DNA from: Blastocatellia bacterium
GTDB taxonomy: Bacteria; Acidobacteriota; Blastocatellia; UBA7656
Direction of reading: 5' to 3'
Assembly (NCBI GenBank): GCA_036505875.1
Contig: DASXSR010000288.1
Location: 1 to 63,384 of the forward strand
DNA length: 63,384 bases
Below the pieces are notes generated by a model. It did no database searches. It was not told the DNA's origin and saw only the letters and a list, made by a program, of their open reading frames with translations. Position 1 is the stretch's first letter, and each line of letters starts with the position of its first letter. Positions 37,186 to 46,256 of this stretch are shown one piece after another. A program made the position numbers and the translations under genes.

Positions 37186-37428
37186 CTGCGTGATGCGAGC
37201 CGCTCAGAAAGTGGCGGAAGGAAGTACGGCGCCGTGGGAGCAGATGAAAAAGAATTGGAGCGTTTAACACTCGCGCATTCACCGCACTTTCAAGCACTGT
37301 TGGAGAAGTCTCGGCGAACTATCAGGCAAGGCAAAGGGCTGTCGCACGAAGAGTTTTGGAAAACTGTTTCCGCGCGCCGCCCCAAACGCAGTAGCTTGAG
37401 TCGAGAGAAGTGTAATGCCTATAAGTAA
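37186..37428 (+). pseudogene. Possible remnant of an antitoxin-like gene (C-terminal tail only)
   Basis: The open frame has no credible start. Its DEKELERLTLAHSPHFQALLEKSRRTIRQGKGLSHEEFWK resembles C-terminal extensions seen on some Phd/YefM-type antitoxins. No N-terminal domain is present. Confidence 0.25.
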
Positions 37429-37468
37429 TCTCAACGATAAACTCGGGGAACACCTCATAGCCGATTTT

Positions 37469-38449
37469 TCATGTCTTCGGAGCCCAGTAGCCCTTGCGAG
37501 TTCGAATTGTCAATTCTTGCCGAGATGTTCCAACAGCGAGCTTTCGCCAGCGGCCGTCGCGTTTCTGATTGGTTGAATAATAAGTCAGCGTGTATTGATT
37601 CCTCAGTTCATCAACAATGCCGGTGAACGCTTCTTCGAGCTTGTCGCCCTGAGGTGAATGAACATATCGCCCGCCGGTCTGAGATGCGAATTGTTGCATC
37701 TCACCCTCCCCGCGTCTCAACTCCAACGCTTCGCTGCCGCTTCCCATCCGCGCGGTGTCGTCGATCAGGTCGATTGAGTAGATCGTGATCCCGTCAGCAA
37801 GGGCCTTCTTCATCACTGAACCGAAAGATGCTTTCGAGCTGGTAGTGTCACAGCCATCCGAGATCAACACGATCGCCTTGCGTTTCTCGGCGCGTTTCTC
37901 CAGCGCGATTATTGCTTCGTCCGCGCAGTCGTAGAGTCGAGTCGTATCTTCCGCCTTGGCGTCCCAAACGTATTCGGAGATGTCGTGTAGGTCTGAAAAA
38001 TCCTGAAAGAGTTTTATCTTGTTGTTGAATCCGTAAACTGCGACCTGATCGTTGTCTCGAATGTGATCGACGAAGGAAGCAGCTGCAGCTCGCACCAGGC
38101 TGAATTTGTACTGCATGCTGCCGCTCATATCGATCAGGATCGCGGCGGCGAAGGGGTCTTCTTCGGTTATTAAAGAGTTGATCCGCTGCGCAGCGCCATC
38201 CTCAAGAACCAGGAAGTCTTTGGGGCTCAATCCATGCAAGTACTGGCCTTTTGCATCGGTGACCACGAGATTGACGACCACCAAATCAGAGTGCAGCTTC
38301 AGTGAATCGTCTTCCTCGCGCTGCGGTTGTTGAGTGGCTTTCGGTTTCTTGTCCTGACGAGCGTCCGCGACGGGCGCAATCAAACTAAGCATGAGTCCGA
38401 CCGCAAGCCAGCCGATCGTCAATTTGCTCCTTGAATTGGTCCTCGACAT
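37469..38449 (-). CDS. Secreted VWA-domain protein, acidobacterial VWFA-related family (TIGR03436-like), paralogue 1
   Basis: Signal peptide. The N-terminal module reads L.SDLVVVNLVVTDAKGQY...L...DF.VLEDG..Q.I. A VWA MIDAS context (IDMSGSM) follows. The C-terminal signature reads ELRNQYTLTYYS.N...DG.WRKL.V......L.IRTRKGYWA. Confidence 0.8.
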   Translation of the reverse strand: MSRTNSRSKLTIGWLAVGLMLSLIAPVADARQDKKPKATQQPQREEDDSLKLHSDLVVVNLVVTDAKGQYLHGLSPKDFLVLEDGAAQRINSLITEEDPFAAAILIDMSGSMQYKFSLVRAAAASFVDHIRDNDQVAVYGFNNKIKLFQDFSDLHDISEYVWDAKAEDTTRLYDCADEAIIALEKRAEKRKAIVLISDGCDTTSSKASFGSVMKKALADGITIYSIDLIDDTARMGSGSEALELRRGEGEMQQFASQTGGRYVHSPQGDKLEEAFTGIVDELRNQYTLTYYSTNQKRDGRWRKLAVGTSRQELTIRTRKGYWAPKT

Positions 38450-38997
38450 TAGTCCACTTTCGGGGCGTGTCGTATGTAGCGGGAAAGGTGAATCACCTGG
38501 TTAGAGTTTGCGATCACGGTCGCGGAAACCACGAAGCGGGTCTCGGCCTTCATGTCCTTCTTTATCGTTTCGGCGGCCGCGTTGAGCTTGTTGATCGCCT
38601 CGCTCGTCTGCATATGATCGGCGGCGGATTTGTCGTCGACCTCCTCGCCTCCGGCGCTGTTCAATACGTGCTTGGCAAGTTTCTCAATCGTGCCCAGCCT
38701 TTTCATGTCGTCCGCCGAGAGCTGCTTGTGTTCGGCGTACCCTTTCGCGATCTCGCCGCAGAGGTCGCTCATCTTCTCGACGTCTTCGAGCAATTTCTTG
38801 TGATCGCTCTCGGCGCGCGCGATTGCCATCTTGACCCGCATTTCTTCGGGAAGACTCACTTCCTGGTCATGATCGCGAGGACGGACCTCCCCAGTTTTCG
38901 GATCCGGCAGCCTGTCGGCAGGTCGCGGCGTTTGCGCAAGCACGCTCATCGCTGAAAGAAAGATGAAGCTTGCGATCGGCAACAGGGTCCTGAGCAT
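38449..38997 (-). CDS. Secreted alpha-helical hypothetical protein (182 aa)
   Basis: Signal peptide MLRTLLPIASFIFLSAMSVLAQ. Its stop overlaps the start of the downstream VWA gene. I recognise no motif. Confidence 0.55.
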   Translation of the reverse strand: MLRTLLPIASFIFLSAMSVLAQTPRPADRLPDPKTGEVRPRDHDQEVSLPEEMRVKMAIARAESDHKKLLEDVEKMSDLCGEIAKGYAEHKQLSADDMKRLGTIEKLAKHVLNSAGGEEVDDKSAADHMQTSEAINKLNAAAETIKKDMKAETRFVVSATVIANSNQVIHLSRYIRHAPKVD

Positions 38998-39127
38998 GAA
39001 CTCCCTCCCGGTCCTGCGTTGAACTCAGTTATTACTCTTTTAGCACAACAGAAATGACAACTCAATCTCGCTGGATTTCTTTTTCTTTAGGCTGCAATAA
39101 TTCTACAAGGACGCGTTCAGCAATCAG

Positions 39128-40351
39128 ATGCGCTCGACGTCAATGATGAAACACCAGGGAATGTTTGGGGAGCGTCGCTGGATCATGGCGGCGCCCCTTC
39201 TCTTATGTTTTGTCAACGTCATCGTCACAACCGCCGCTGGGCTTTCGCCGCAAGACAAACAGAAGCGCAGCGACGACGATTCGGTTCGGCTGAACGCCAC
39301 ACTTGTGCAGGTTCCTGCTGTAGTCACCGATCGCGCAGGCAAGTTCGTAACCGACCTCTCAAAGGACGACTTCACGATTTCCGAGGACGGTAAGCGGCAG
39401 GACATTTCGCTTTTTGCAGCCGTCAAGCAACCCTTCAGCGCGGTATTGCTCATCGACACCTCGAACAGCACAGAGGATCGGCTCAAGGCGATCCAGACTG
39501 CGGCGGTCGAGTTCACCGGTCAGCTCAGACCTGGCGATCGGATCATGGTTGTCTCCTTCGACAACGAGGTTCGAGAACTCACCGGGTTCAGCGAGGACCG
39601 CGCGGAAGTCGAGCGTGCTATAAAAGGAACCGAATCCGGGTTCGGGAAGCTGCTCTACGAAGGCGTGACTCGCGCGCTCGATCAACTCAAAGACGTCGAA
39701 GGGCGCCGCGCGGTGGTTCTGTTCAGCGATGGCGTTGATATGCGCAGCATCGAAGCCACTGCCGAAAGCGCTACTCGAATGGCCGAAGAGATCGGCGCTG
39801 TGATCTACGTCGTAAGATTCGACACGCGCTGGTGGATCGAAGCAGAGGCGCGACGTCAGGAGATCGAGCATCCCAAGCGCAAGACACCATTCGAGGTTGA
39901 TGGACGAATCCCGCTCCCGCCGGATTTTGGCGGGCCTGATCCCACTCCGACCGGCATTCCAAAGCCTAACGCGCCTCGAATCGAGATTGGCGAGCGGCCT
40001 CGGCCCCCTGTAGTTTACGATCCCGACGGAACTAACACGCGAACGCAAAGAATGCCGAATGACCAACCTGGCGATGAGATAACAACTACGCTGACCAAGC
40101 TCTATGGAGAGGCAGATTTATTCCTGAAAGAGATAACCTTGCGCACCGGCGGCCGAGTCTACGCGGCGGACAACTTCGGCGATATGCGGTCGGCCTTCAA
40201 GGCGATCGCCGAGGAACTGCGGAATCAATACCTGATCGGGTACTACTCGAGCGCCAGTCGGAGCGACGCCAAGTATCATAAGATCAAATTGGAGTCGTCC
40301 CGCAAGGACGCCCGCGTCCGCTCGAGACCCGGCTATAGAGCGCCGGGCTAA
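39128..40351 (+). CDS. Secreted VWA-domain protein, acidobacterial VWFA-related family, paralogue 2
   Basis: The N-terminal module VRLNATLVQVPAVVTDRAGKFVTDLSKDDFTISEDGKRQDISLF matches paralogues 1 and 3. IDTSNST follows. The C-terminus reads ELRNQYLIGYYS......KYHKIKLE......RVRSRPGYRAP. The start codon is uncertain among several Met codons. Confidence 0.8.
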   Translation: MRSTSMMKHQGMFGERRWIMAAPLLLCFVNVIVTTAAGLSPQDKQKRSDDDSVRLNATLVQVPAVVTDRAGKFVTDLSKDDFTISEDGKRQDISLFAAVKQPFSAVLLIDTSNSTEDRLKAIQTAAVEFTGQLRPGDRIMVVSFDNEVRELTGFSEDRAEVERAIKGTESGFGKLLYEGVTRALDQLKDVEGRRAVVLFSDGVDMRSIEATAESATRMAEEIGAVIYVVRFDTRWWIEAEARRQEIEHPKRKTPFEVDGRIPLPPDFGGPDPTPTGIPKPNAPRIEIGERPRPPVVYDPDGTNTRTQRMPNDQPGDEITTTLTKLYGEADLFLKEITLRTGGRVYAADNFGDMRSAFKAIAEELRNQYLIGYYSSASRSDAKYHKIKLESSRKDARVRSRPGYRAPG

Positions 40352-40553
40352 ACGCCTCGTTGACCCGATTCCTACCGTAATCAAACGACCGGCATACTAA
40401 TTGGTGTATGTCGCACCGATCCCCTAACTCGTTTTGCCACCCGTTATCCATTGCTTTGAACAAATTGCGATACCACATATGATTGGCCGCTTCGGGCACG
40501 ACGATTGCCCCCGGAAGTCGCGAGTTCGAGAGGTCTTTTGAAAGGAACCGCTT

Positions 40554-42560
40554 ATGAACCGCAATCTCCCCATTCTCGTCATGCTCTTGCTGCTGCTGGT
40601 TTTCGGGTACGGCGTAGCATCCGCCCAAACAATTGATCCAATGGCCGACGAGGCGTCCGACACGGATGATGCAGCTCCGGTTCAGCGGGTCGCGCGGCTG
40701 AGCTTTATCGAAGGCGACGTTTCTTTCCTTCGCGCGGGCGTGACCGAGTGGGCCCCCGCAGTCGAGAACTTGCCGCTCCTCGCAGGTGATCAGATTTACA
40801 CAGAGCGCGGCGCGCGGGCTGAGATTCAACTCGGTCGCGGCGAGTTTATCAGGATCTCAGAAAATACCGAGCTGACGATCTCTGAGCTTGCGGCTGACGC
40901 TGCGCAATTTGAAATCACCGAAGGCACAGCCATCATTCGCCTCGAGCGCCTCTCGTCAGCCTTCGGTCGATTCGAGGTGGACACGCCAAACTCTGCGATT
41001 GTGCTCCGGCAGGATGGGGTGTATCGGATCGACGTCCGCGGAGAAAGAGATTCGGAGTTGATCGTTCGGCGCGGTCAAGCCGACGTCTCAACCGACGAAG
41101 GAAGCTTCCGAGTGCGAGAGGGCAATAGACTGTTTGTGGACACTTCAGTTGGAGGAAGGCTCGAACTCGCAGCCGACACGACGCGAGATGACTGGGACAG
41201 ATGGAGTTACGATCGCGACTCGACGATCGATCGGGTAAGCGCGAGCGCCGCCCCTGACTATGTCGTAAACTACGAGACAACCTACAACGACTTCTACGGC
41301 GCAAGCGATCTTTCAAGCTATGGCACGTGGACCAGTTATCCTTCTTACGGTCAATGCTGGGTACCGCGGGTTGCCGCTGATTGGGCGCCGTATCGATCGG
41401 GTCAGTGGCTTTGGATACCTTCCGCCGGTTGGACCTGGCTTGCAAGCGAGCGCTGGGGATGGGCGCCTTACCACTATGGTCGATGGGCGTTGTTGCCGGG
41501 ACTCGGATGGGCATGGGTGCCCGGCTTCGGTTCAAGTTACGGCGGATATGGTTACAGAGATTACCATTGGAGGCCTGGGCTGGTTTCCTTCTTCAACGGC
41601 TCGACATCGCGCGGTAGCTATGTTGGTTGGTATCCGCTTGCGCCGGGCGAGCGTTGGCACAGATTTGATCGTTGGCGATCTCCTGGGTATGGGTGGCGGG
41701 ACGGCAGATTGGCTATAACGCCATACCGCCACGGAATGACGATCCTGCCGTATGAGGGTTTTATTAGAAGAGATCGCGCGCTTAAGCCGAGCGCTCCCAG
41801 TCGCGACCTGGCGGACTCGATAATCAAGGGTGGGCGACATGGCTTGCCCGACATCAGACCGACTCCTGTTGCCTCCGCACCGGAGCTTGCCGACGGCGAC
41901 CGCAGAAAGTTCCGTCGCATCGCGACGCCTCCCGCGGACGTTGATCGACGAGGTGTCGTTACGCGTAATCCAAATGCCGATTCGGGGTCGCTGCTTGGCG
42001 GTCATCGCGAGCGCCGAGCGATCTCGGATAACCGAGCCCCAGCTTTTGAAGGAAACGACCAGGCGGGTCAAGAGCGACAAAGAGAAAAAGCACAACGCCG
42101 GGAACAACAGAGACAGGAGCGTCAGCAGCAACAACAGCAAGGCGGGTCCGATTCCGGCGGTGAACGTCACTCACAAAAAATTCGAGTGCCGCTACAGAGC
42201 TCATCGGAAGGTCTCAACGTTGACGGCGGCGGACGCGATCGCAAACGAAACCGCGATGAGGATCGCTCAACAGAAAACGACGCGGCTCGACAGCGCTATC
42301 GAGCAGAAGAGCGCGCAATACCGCGTGATACCGGCGCTTCGACTTCCAGCGGCCAGCAGAACGACCAGGCGCGTCAAGATCGGCACCAGGAAAAACAGGA
42401 ACGCCGCGAGCAACAGCGGCAAGAGCGGCGCCAGGAACAGCAACGGCAACAGCAGCAACAGCCTGAGCATCATCAGGAACGTCAGCAGCAGGCACAACAG
42501 CCTGAGCATCATCACCATCAGGAACAGCAGCAGCAGGAACAACGCAAGAAGAACAATTGA
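40554..42560 (+). CDS. Secreted FecR-domain protein with a W/G/Y-rich domain and a long Q/R/E/H low-complexity tail
   Basis: Signal peptide, then a FecR-like segment (VARLSFIEGDVSF.....W.PA..N.PL..GD.IYT....AEIQL). A Trp-rich block follows (WVPRVAADWAPYRSGQWLWIPSAGWTWLASERWGWAPYHYGRWA). The C-terminal ~190 aa are dominated by Q, R, E and H. Confidence 0.7.
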   Translation: MNRNLPILVMLLLLLVFGYGVASAQTIDPMADEASDTDDAAPVQRVARLSFIEGDVSFLRAGVTEWAPAVENLPLLAGDQIYTERGARAEIQLGRGEFIRISENTELTISELAADAAQFEITEGTAIIRLERLSSAFGRFEVDTPNSAIVLRQDGVYRIDVRGERDSELIVRRGQADVSTDEGSFRVREGNRLFVDTSVGGRLELAADTTRDDWDRWSYDRDSTIDRVSASAAPDYVVNYETTYNDFYGASDLSSYGTWTSYPSYGQCWVPRVAADWAPYRSGQWLWIPSAGWTWLASERWGWAPYHYGRWALLPGLGWAWVPGFGSSYGGYGYRDYHWRPGLVSFFNGSTSRGSYVGWYPLAPGERWHRFDRWRSPGYGWRDGRLAITPYRHGMTILPYEGFIRRDRALKPSAPSRDLADSIIKGGRHGLPDIRPTPVASAPELADGDRRKFRRIATPPADVDRRGVVTRNPNADSGSLLGGHRERRAISDNRAPAFEGNDQAGQERQREKAQRREQQRQERQQQQQQGGSDSGGERHSQKIRVPLQSSSEGLNVDGGGRDRKRNRDEDRSTENDAARQRYRAEERAIPRDTGASTSSGQQNDQARQDRHQEKQERREQQRQERRQEQQRQQQQQPEHHQERQQQAQQPEHHHHQEQQQQEQRKKNN

Positions 42561-42619
42561 TTCGTGGTTCGTGATGCGTGATTCGTGACCGGAAAACCCT
42601 TTCACGCATCACGCATCAC
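42559..42619. repeat. Heptamer-built hairpin (CGTGATT type) downstream of the FecR-domain gene
   Basis: The left arm is GATTCGTGGTTCGTGATGCGTGATTCGTGA, the loop is about CCGGAAAACCCTT and the right arm is TCACGCATCACGCATCAC. The arms are complementary with one mismatch over about 18 bp. Confidence 0.85.
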
Positions 42620-42767
42620 TCTCGGTGGCGCGGACTGGGCGGACGAAAAAAGCGAAACTCAGTATTAGGACACCCCATCTGCTTCATCCTCCTTCGCTCC
42701 TTCCTCCGCCTGGTCGGCGCCACCGCAGACTCTGCACCCGGCGTCGACCGCTCACTCGTTATTTCAC

Positions 42768-43889
42768 ATGACTGCCTTCAAGGAGCCGCCTATGAACCCT
42801 CACCGAATAGTCGTACACTTGATCGCCATCGTCACGACCCTGGCTGCATTGCTCACAGTTTCCGCGCAATCGCCAAACAGCTCTCGCCCGCGCGGCAAGA
42901 ACGACAGCACTCAAAGCTTCGAGCAGAAGCCTCAAGCCCCGCAGTCATTTCCGGACCGTCCTGTTCAAGATGGCAACGGCGACGATATCAAACTCAACGT
43001 CGACCTGGTAGTGCTGGACGCGCTGGTTATCCAGCAAAAAAACGGGCGCGTGGTCGGGAATCTGAAAAAGGAAGATTTCGCGCTCTCGGAAGATGGAGCG
43101 AGACAGCAAATAACCCACTTCAGTCAGGACACGCTGCCGCTGTCCGTAGTCCTGCTGGTTGACAGAGGAGGATGTCTCGATCCGTTCAGCGAAAAGGTGC
43201 GACACGCGACTGTTGAAGCGCTTTCGAGGCTTAGACCTCAGGATGAAGTGGCCCTGATGTCTTTCGCCAATACCACAGAATTAATTGTAGGCTTCGGGAG
43301 CGGCAAGGACAGAATCCTCGCGGGTTTAAACCGGCTGCCTCCTCACGATGAAGATGCCGACCACTGTTTCAATCGCGCGTTTTACGAGGCGGCGCAGTAC
43401 ATGAGCAGGGCAGGGAATCCGGATGGTCGTCGCGTGATCATTATGATTACCGGCATAACGACTTATTTCGACTGTGCGGGACCATCGCCTGAAGAGTCGC
43501 GCATGGCGGTGCTCGAATCAGGAAGCGTGGTTTGTGGGATCATACCCAAGACTGCAGGTCAGCGGATCGAGAACGGAATCATGATCGCGGCAGCCGGCGT
43601 GGGCGGCTTGTTCAAAGCGAAGAGCTCCAACTTGAAGCAGCTCGCGGACGAAACAGGGGGCGAGGTGCTCAGCGACAAGCCTGAGAATCTGGATCATACG
43701 TTCAACGACTTGATCGACCATCTTCGAACGCGCTACACACTTGGGTTTGTGTCAACCAACAGAAAGCGTGACGGGAGCTTCCGCAAGCTTAAGCTCGAGC
43801 TTGCGCCGGGCGTTCAGCGCGGCGACGAAAGATTGGTGGTTAAAACGAAGCGCGGCTACGTCGCAGCGAAAGATTCAGGTCGGAAGTAA
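42768..43889 (+). CDS. Secreted VWA-domain protein, acidobacterial VWFA-related family, paralogue 3
   Basis: The N-terminal module IKLNVDLVVLDALVIQQKNGRVVGNLKKEDFALSEDGARQQITHF and the C-terminus LRTRYTLGFVSTNRKRDGSFRKLKLEL....VVKTKRGYVA match the other two paralogues. Confidence 0.8.
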   Translation: MTAFKEPPMNPHRIVVHLIAIVTTLAALLTVSAQSPNSSRPRGKNDSTQSFEQKPQAPQSFPDRPVQDGNGDDIKLNVDLVVLDALVIQQKNGRVVGNLKKEDFALSEDGARQQITHFSQDTLPLSVVLLVDRGGCLDPFSEKVRHATVEALSRLRPQDEVALMSFANTTELIVGFGSGKDRILAGLNRLPPHDEDADHCFNRAFYEAAQYMSRAGNPDGRRVIIMITGITTYFDCAGPSPEESRMAVLESGSVVCGIIPKTAGQRIENGIMIAAAGVGGLFKAKSSNLKQLADETGGEVLSDKPENLDHTFNDLIDHLRTRYTLGFVSTNRKRDGSFRKLKLELAPGVQRGDERLVVKTKRGYVAAKDSGRK

Positions 43890-43899
43890 GAGTTGCTTT

Positions 43900-44295
43900 C
43901 TAGAATTCGACAAACTCTTCGGGGTAATTCGACAGGTCGAGTTTTTCTTGGTCAGGTATCGGCCTGATACCCCATTGTTGCATTGCCAGCGCTCCAAACA
44001 AGATTTCGATCTGAGTTCCATTTTCGTCCTTGCCGATTTCATCCACGACGAGAGCATAGGTGGAAATCGCATGACCCTCAATATCCGCGTGAAGAACTGT
44101 TTCGAGATCAGTCTCCTTCACTTCGCCGCCAAGCGCGGTGCGAAAGGTCCGGGGTGTTGGTGTGGTTTGTAAGTACTGCGCGACTGATAGCGTCACGTAG
44201 GTGTTAGGAGCTCCTGCGTCGAACAGGGTCCAAAATTTCTGACCATCAACCGAGATCATCTGTCGGATTCTTCCCATGCAAGAAAATCTAGACAT
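43900..44295 (-). CDS. Retropepsin-like (clan AA) aspartic protease-fold protein
   Basis: 131-aa ORF with LFDAGAPNTYV at the position of the DTG/DSG active-site loop, and ILG-like ILFGALAMQ near the C-terminus. The local GC is lower than in the flanks, by eye. Confidence 0.5.
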   Translation of the reverse strand: MSRFSCMGRIRQMISVDGQKFWTLFDAGAPNTYVTLSVAQYLQTTPTPRTFRTALGGEVKETDLETVLHADIEGHAISTYALVVDEIGKDENGTQIEILFGALAMQQWGIRPIPDQEKLDLSNYPEEFVEF

Positions 44296-44341
44296 CTTGT
44301 GCGACGCCGGTCAAGCAAGGTATCGCCCAACGGAACTCACT

Positions 44342-45040
44342 TCATTCGGGTTCTTCGGTTGTTTCTTGTGACCAACTCGCTTTGGTGACTCCTGGATTGC
44401 CCACCAGTTTCTGCGCCAGCGCGTTCATTTCACTGGCTCGAAGCTCTGACAACCCGAAAGAGGCTTCCAGAGCCGATTCCGAGCCGTCAGCCCGTGATTC
44501 GCAGTAATTGATTACCGAAACGCCGCTGCGCCCCGCGAACTCCGACCACGCGGCACGAACTGCGTCGGCCGAATCTGGATGGAAGCTTATGCGCAGATGA
44601 TAAGTGACAAGCGGGCTGATCAGGCCCGAGCGTTTGTTGATCGCAGACGACAACGGCCGCAATGCGACCTGAATGATCACGATGGTGACCAGCAACGCGG
44701 GCGCAAGCTGATAATAACCCGCTCCAATGGCCAGCCCCATGCTTCCCGCCGCCCACAGAGTCGCCGCCGTGTTGATTCCTTGAACGCTTCCGCCTCGGCG
44801 CATGATTACGCCCGCGCCAATGAAGCCAATGCCGGTAACAACGCCGGCCGCCACCGCCGCAGGATTGTTGGTCGGTCCGAAGCCACGCAAGGAGATTAGC
44901 GCGAAAGCAGTGGAGCCTACCGAGACAAGGGTGTTCGTTTTTATGCCGGCGTTCTTGTGGTGCCACTGACGTTCTATCCCAACGATCAACCCGAACACCA
45001 GCGACATTGCGAGCCGGCCGATTATTTCCAGTTCGGTCAT
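44342..45040 (-). CDS. MgtC/SapB-family membrane protein
   Basis: 232-aa ORF with the N-terminal membrane domain GLIVGIERQ...KNAGI.T..LV..GS and a C-terminal ACT-like soluble domain. Confidence 0.85.
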   Translation of the reverse strand: MTELEIIGRLAMSLVFGLIVGIERQWHHKNAGIKTNTLVSVGSTAFALISLRGFGPTNNPAAVAAGVVTGIGFIGAGVIMRRGGSVQGINTAATLWAAGSMGLAIGAGYYQLAPALLVTIVIIQVALRPLSSAINKRSGLISPLVTYHLRISFHPDSADAVRAAWSEFAGRSGVSVINYCESRADGSESALEASFGLSELRASEMNALAQKLVGNPGVTKASWSQETTEEPE

Positions 45041-45170
45041 AGACTTCTTAAGCTGTAACTAGTTTCACGGGGCTTGCCAGATTCTAGCACAAACGGTGGC
45101 GGGCGAGTGTATGGTCCCTCATAAGGCCGTGACTAGCCCGGCCCGACACAGAGGCGGCGTTGGTGACCTC

Positions 45171-46256
45171 CTAATTGTTCCCGCCGTTGCGAGACTCCTC
45201 GGGAATGACGCTGAGTTTCACTCTCTGCGTACCTCTTATAACCTCGAGGGACGAATTGTACCCGATGCGCTCCTCTGTCAGGAGCTTATGAAGATCATCT
45301 ATGCTTTTTGTAGGCTGCTCATCAAAGCCAATGATGATGTCTCCTTCGCGAACTCCGCCTCTCCGTGCCGGACTATTCTCTTCGAATGACACAACGAGAA
45401 TTCCACTCTCAAACGGCAGATCGTAGTAGCGCACGATGCGACGGGGAAGTGGAACGTTTTGTCCTGCGAGCCCGATGTAGCTGCGACTGACTTTGCCGTC
45501 GCGAATCAAACGGCTGGCAACAAACTTTGCGGTATCGATCGAAGTAGCAAAACAGATTCCCTGCGCCGGCAGAATCATCGCCGTGTTAACGCCGATCACT
45601 TCCCCTCGAGAGTTGACCAGCGGGCCGCCGGAATTGCCGGGATTGAGTGCGGCATCGGTTTGGATCACGGCGTCCATCAATCGGCCCGATTGGGATCGCA
45701 GCGAGCGCCCCAGCGCACTTACGACGCCGGCTGTGACGCTGTATTGAAAGCCGTAAGGGTTGCCGATCGCCAACACCAATTGGCCCACGCGAATCTGTTG
45801 AGCGTCACCGAGATGAGCCGGGACCAGATTGGGCGCGTTGATTCTAATCACCGCGAGATCGGTTTCCGGATCGTCTCCAATCAAATCCGCCTGGTACTTA
45901 TGCCCATCCAGAACGGTTACCTCAATTCGCTTGGCGCTGTGAACGACGTGACTGTTCGTCAGAATGAAACCATCGGGAGTGAAGATGAAACCCGAGCCGG
46001 TGCCGCGCACTTCGCGCGGGAGAGTGGCAGGATCTCTTCTCCTGCTCCTGAAAGCATGCTCGACTTCGATGTAAACAACCGACGGGCTGACTCGTTCCGC
46101 CGCTGCAATAACCGCGCGCGAGTACGCGTCGAGAAGTTCTTCGTCCTGTTGTGAACTCGCCGAACGATCTTTACTGGTTAACGCATTCTCAGATTCCGAT
46201 CGGTCGTCTCTCAGTAGTTCAAGTTCTTGAAGCAAGTCGTACCTCCATTCATTCAA
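45171..46256 (-). CDS. HtrA/DegP-family trypsin-like serine protease with a PDZ domain
   Basis: The catalytic contexts are TNSHVV, DLAVI and GNSGGPL. The C-terminal PDZ region reads GD.I..FDEQP..SIDDL. Confidence 0.88.
   Translation of the reverse strand: MNEWRYDLLQELELLRDDRSESENALTSKDRSASSQQDEELLDAYSRAVIAAAERVSPSVVYIEVEHAFRSRRRDPATLPREVRGTGSGFIFTPDGFILTNSHVVHSAKRIEVTVLDGHKYQADLIGDDPETDLAVIRINAPNLVPAHLGDAQQIRVGQLVLAIGNPYGFQYSVTAGVVSALGRSLRSQSGRLMDAVIQTDAALNPGNSGGPLVNSRGEVIGVNTAMILPAQGICFATSIDTAKFVASRLIRDGKVSRSYIGLAGQNVPLPRRIVRYYDLPFESGILVVSFEENSPARRGGVREGDIIIGFDEQPTKSIDDLHKLLTEERIGYNSSLEVIRGTQRVKLSVIPEESRNGGNN

Noticed and set aside
40284-40829. Minus-strand 181-aa ORF spanning the VWA2/FecR intergenic region
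   Set aside because: It overlaps both flanking, well-supported plus-strand genes. It has a Cys/Arg-rich composition typical of off-frame translation and no motifs.
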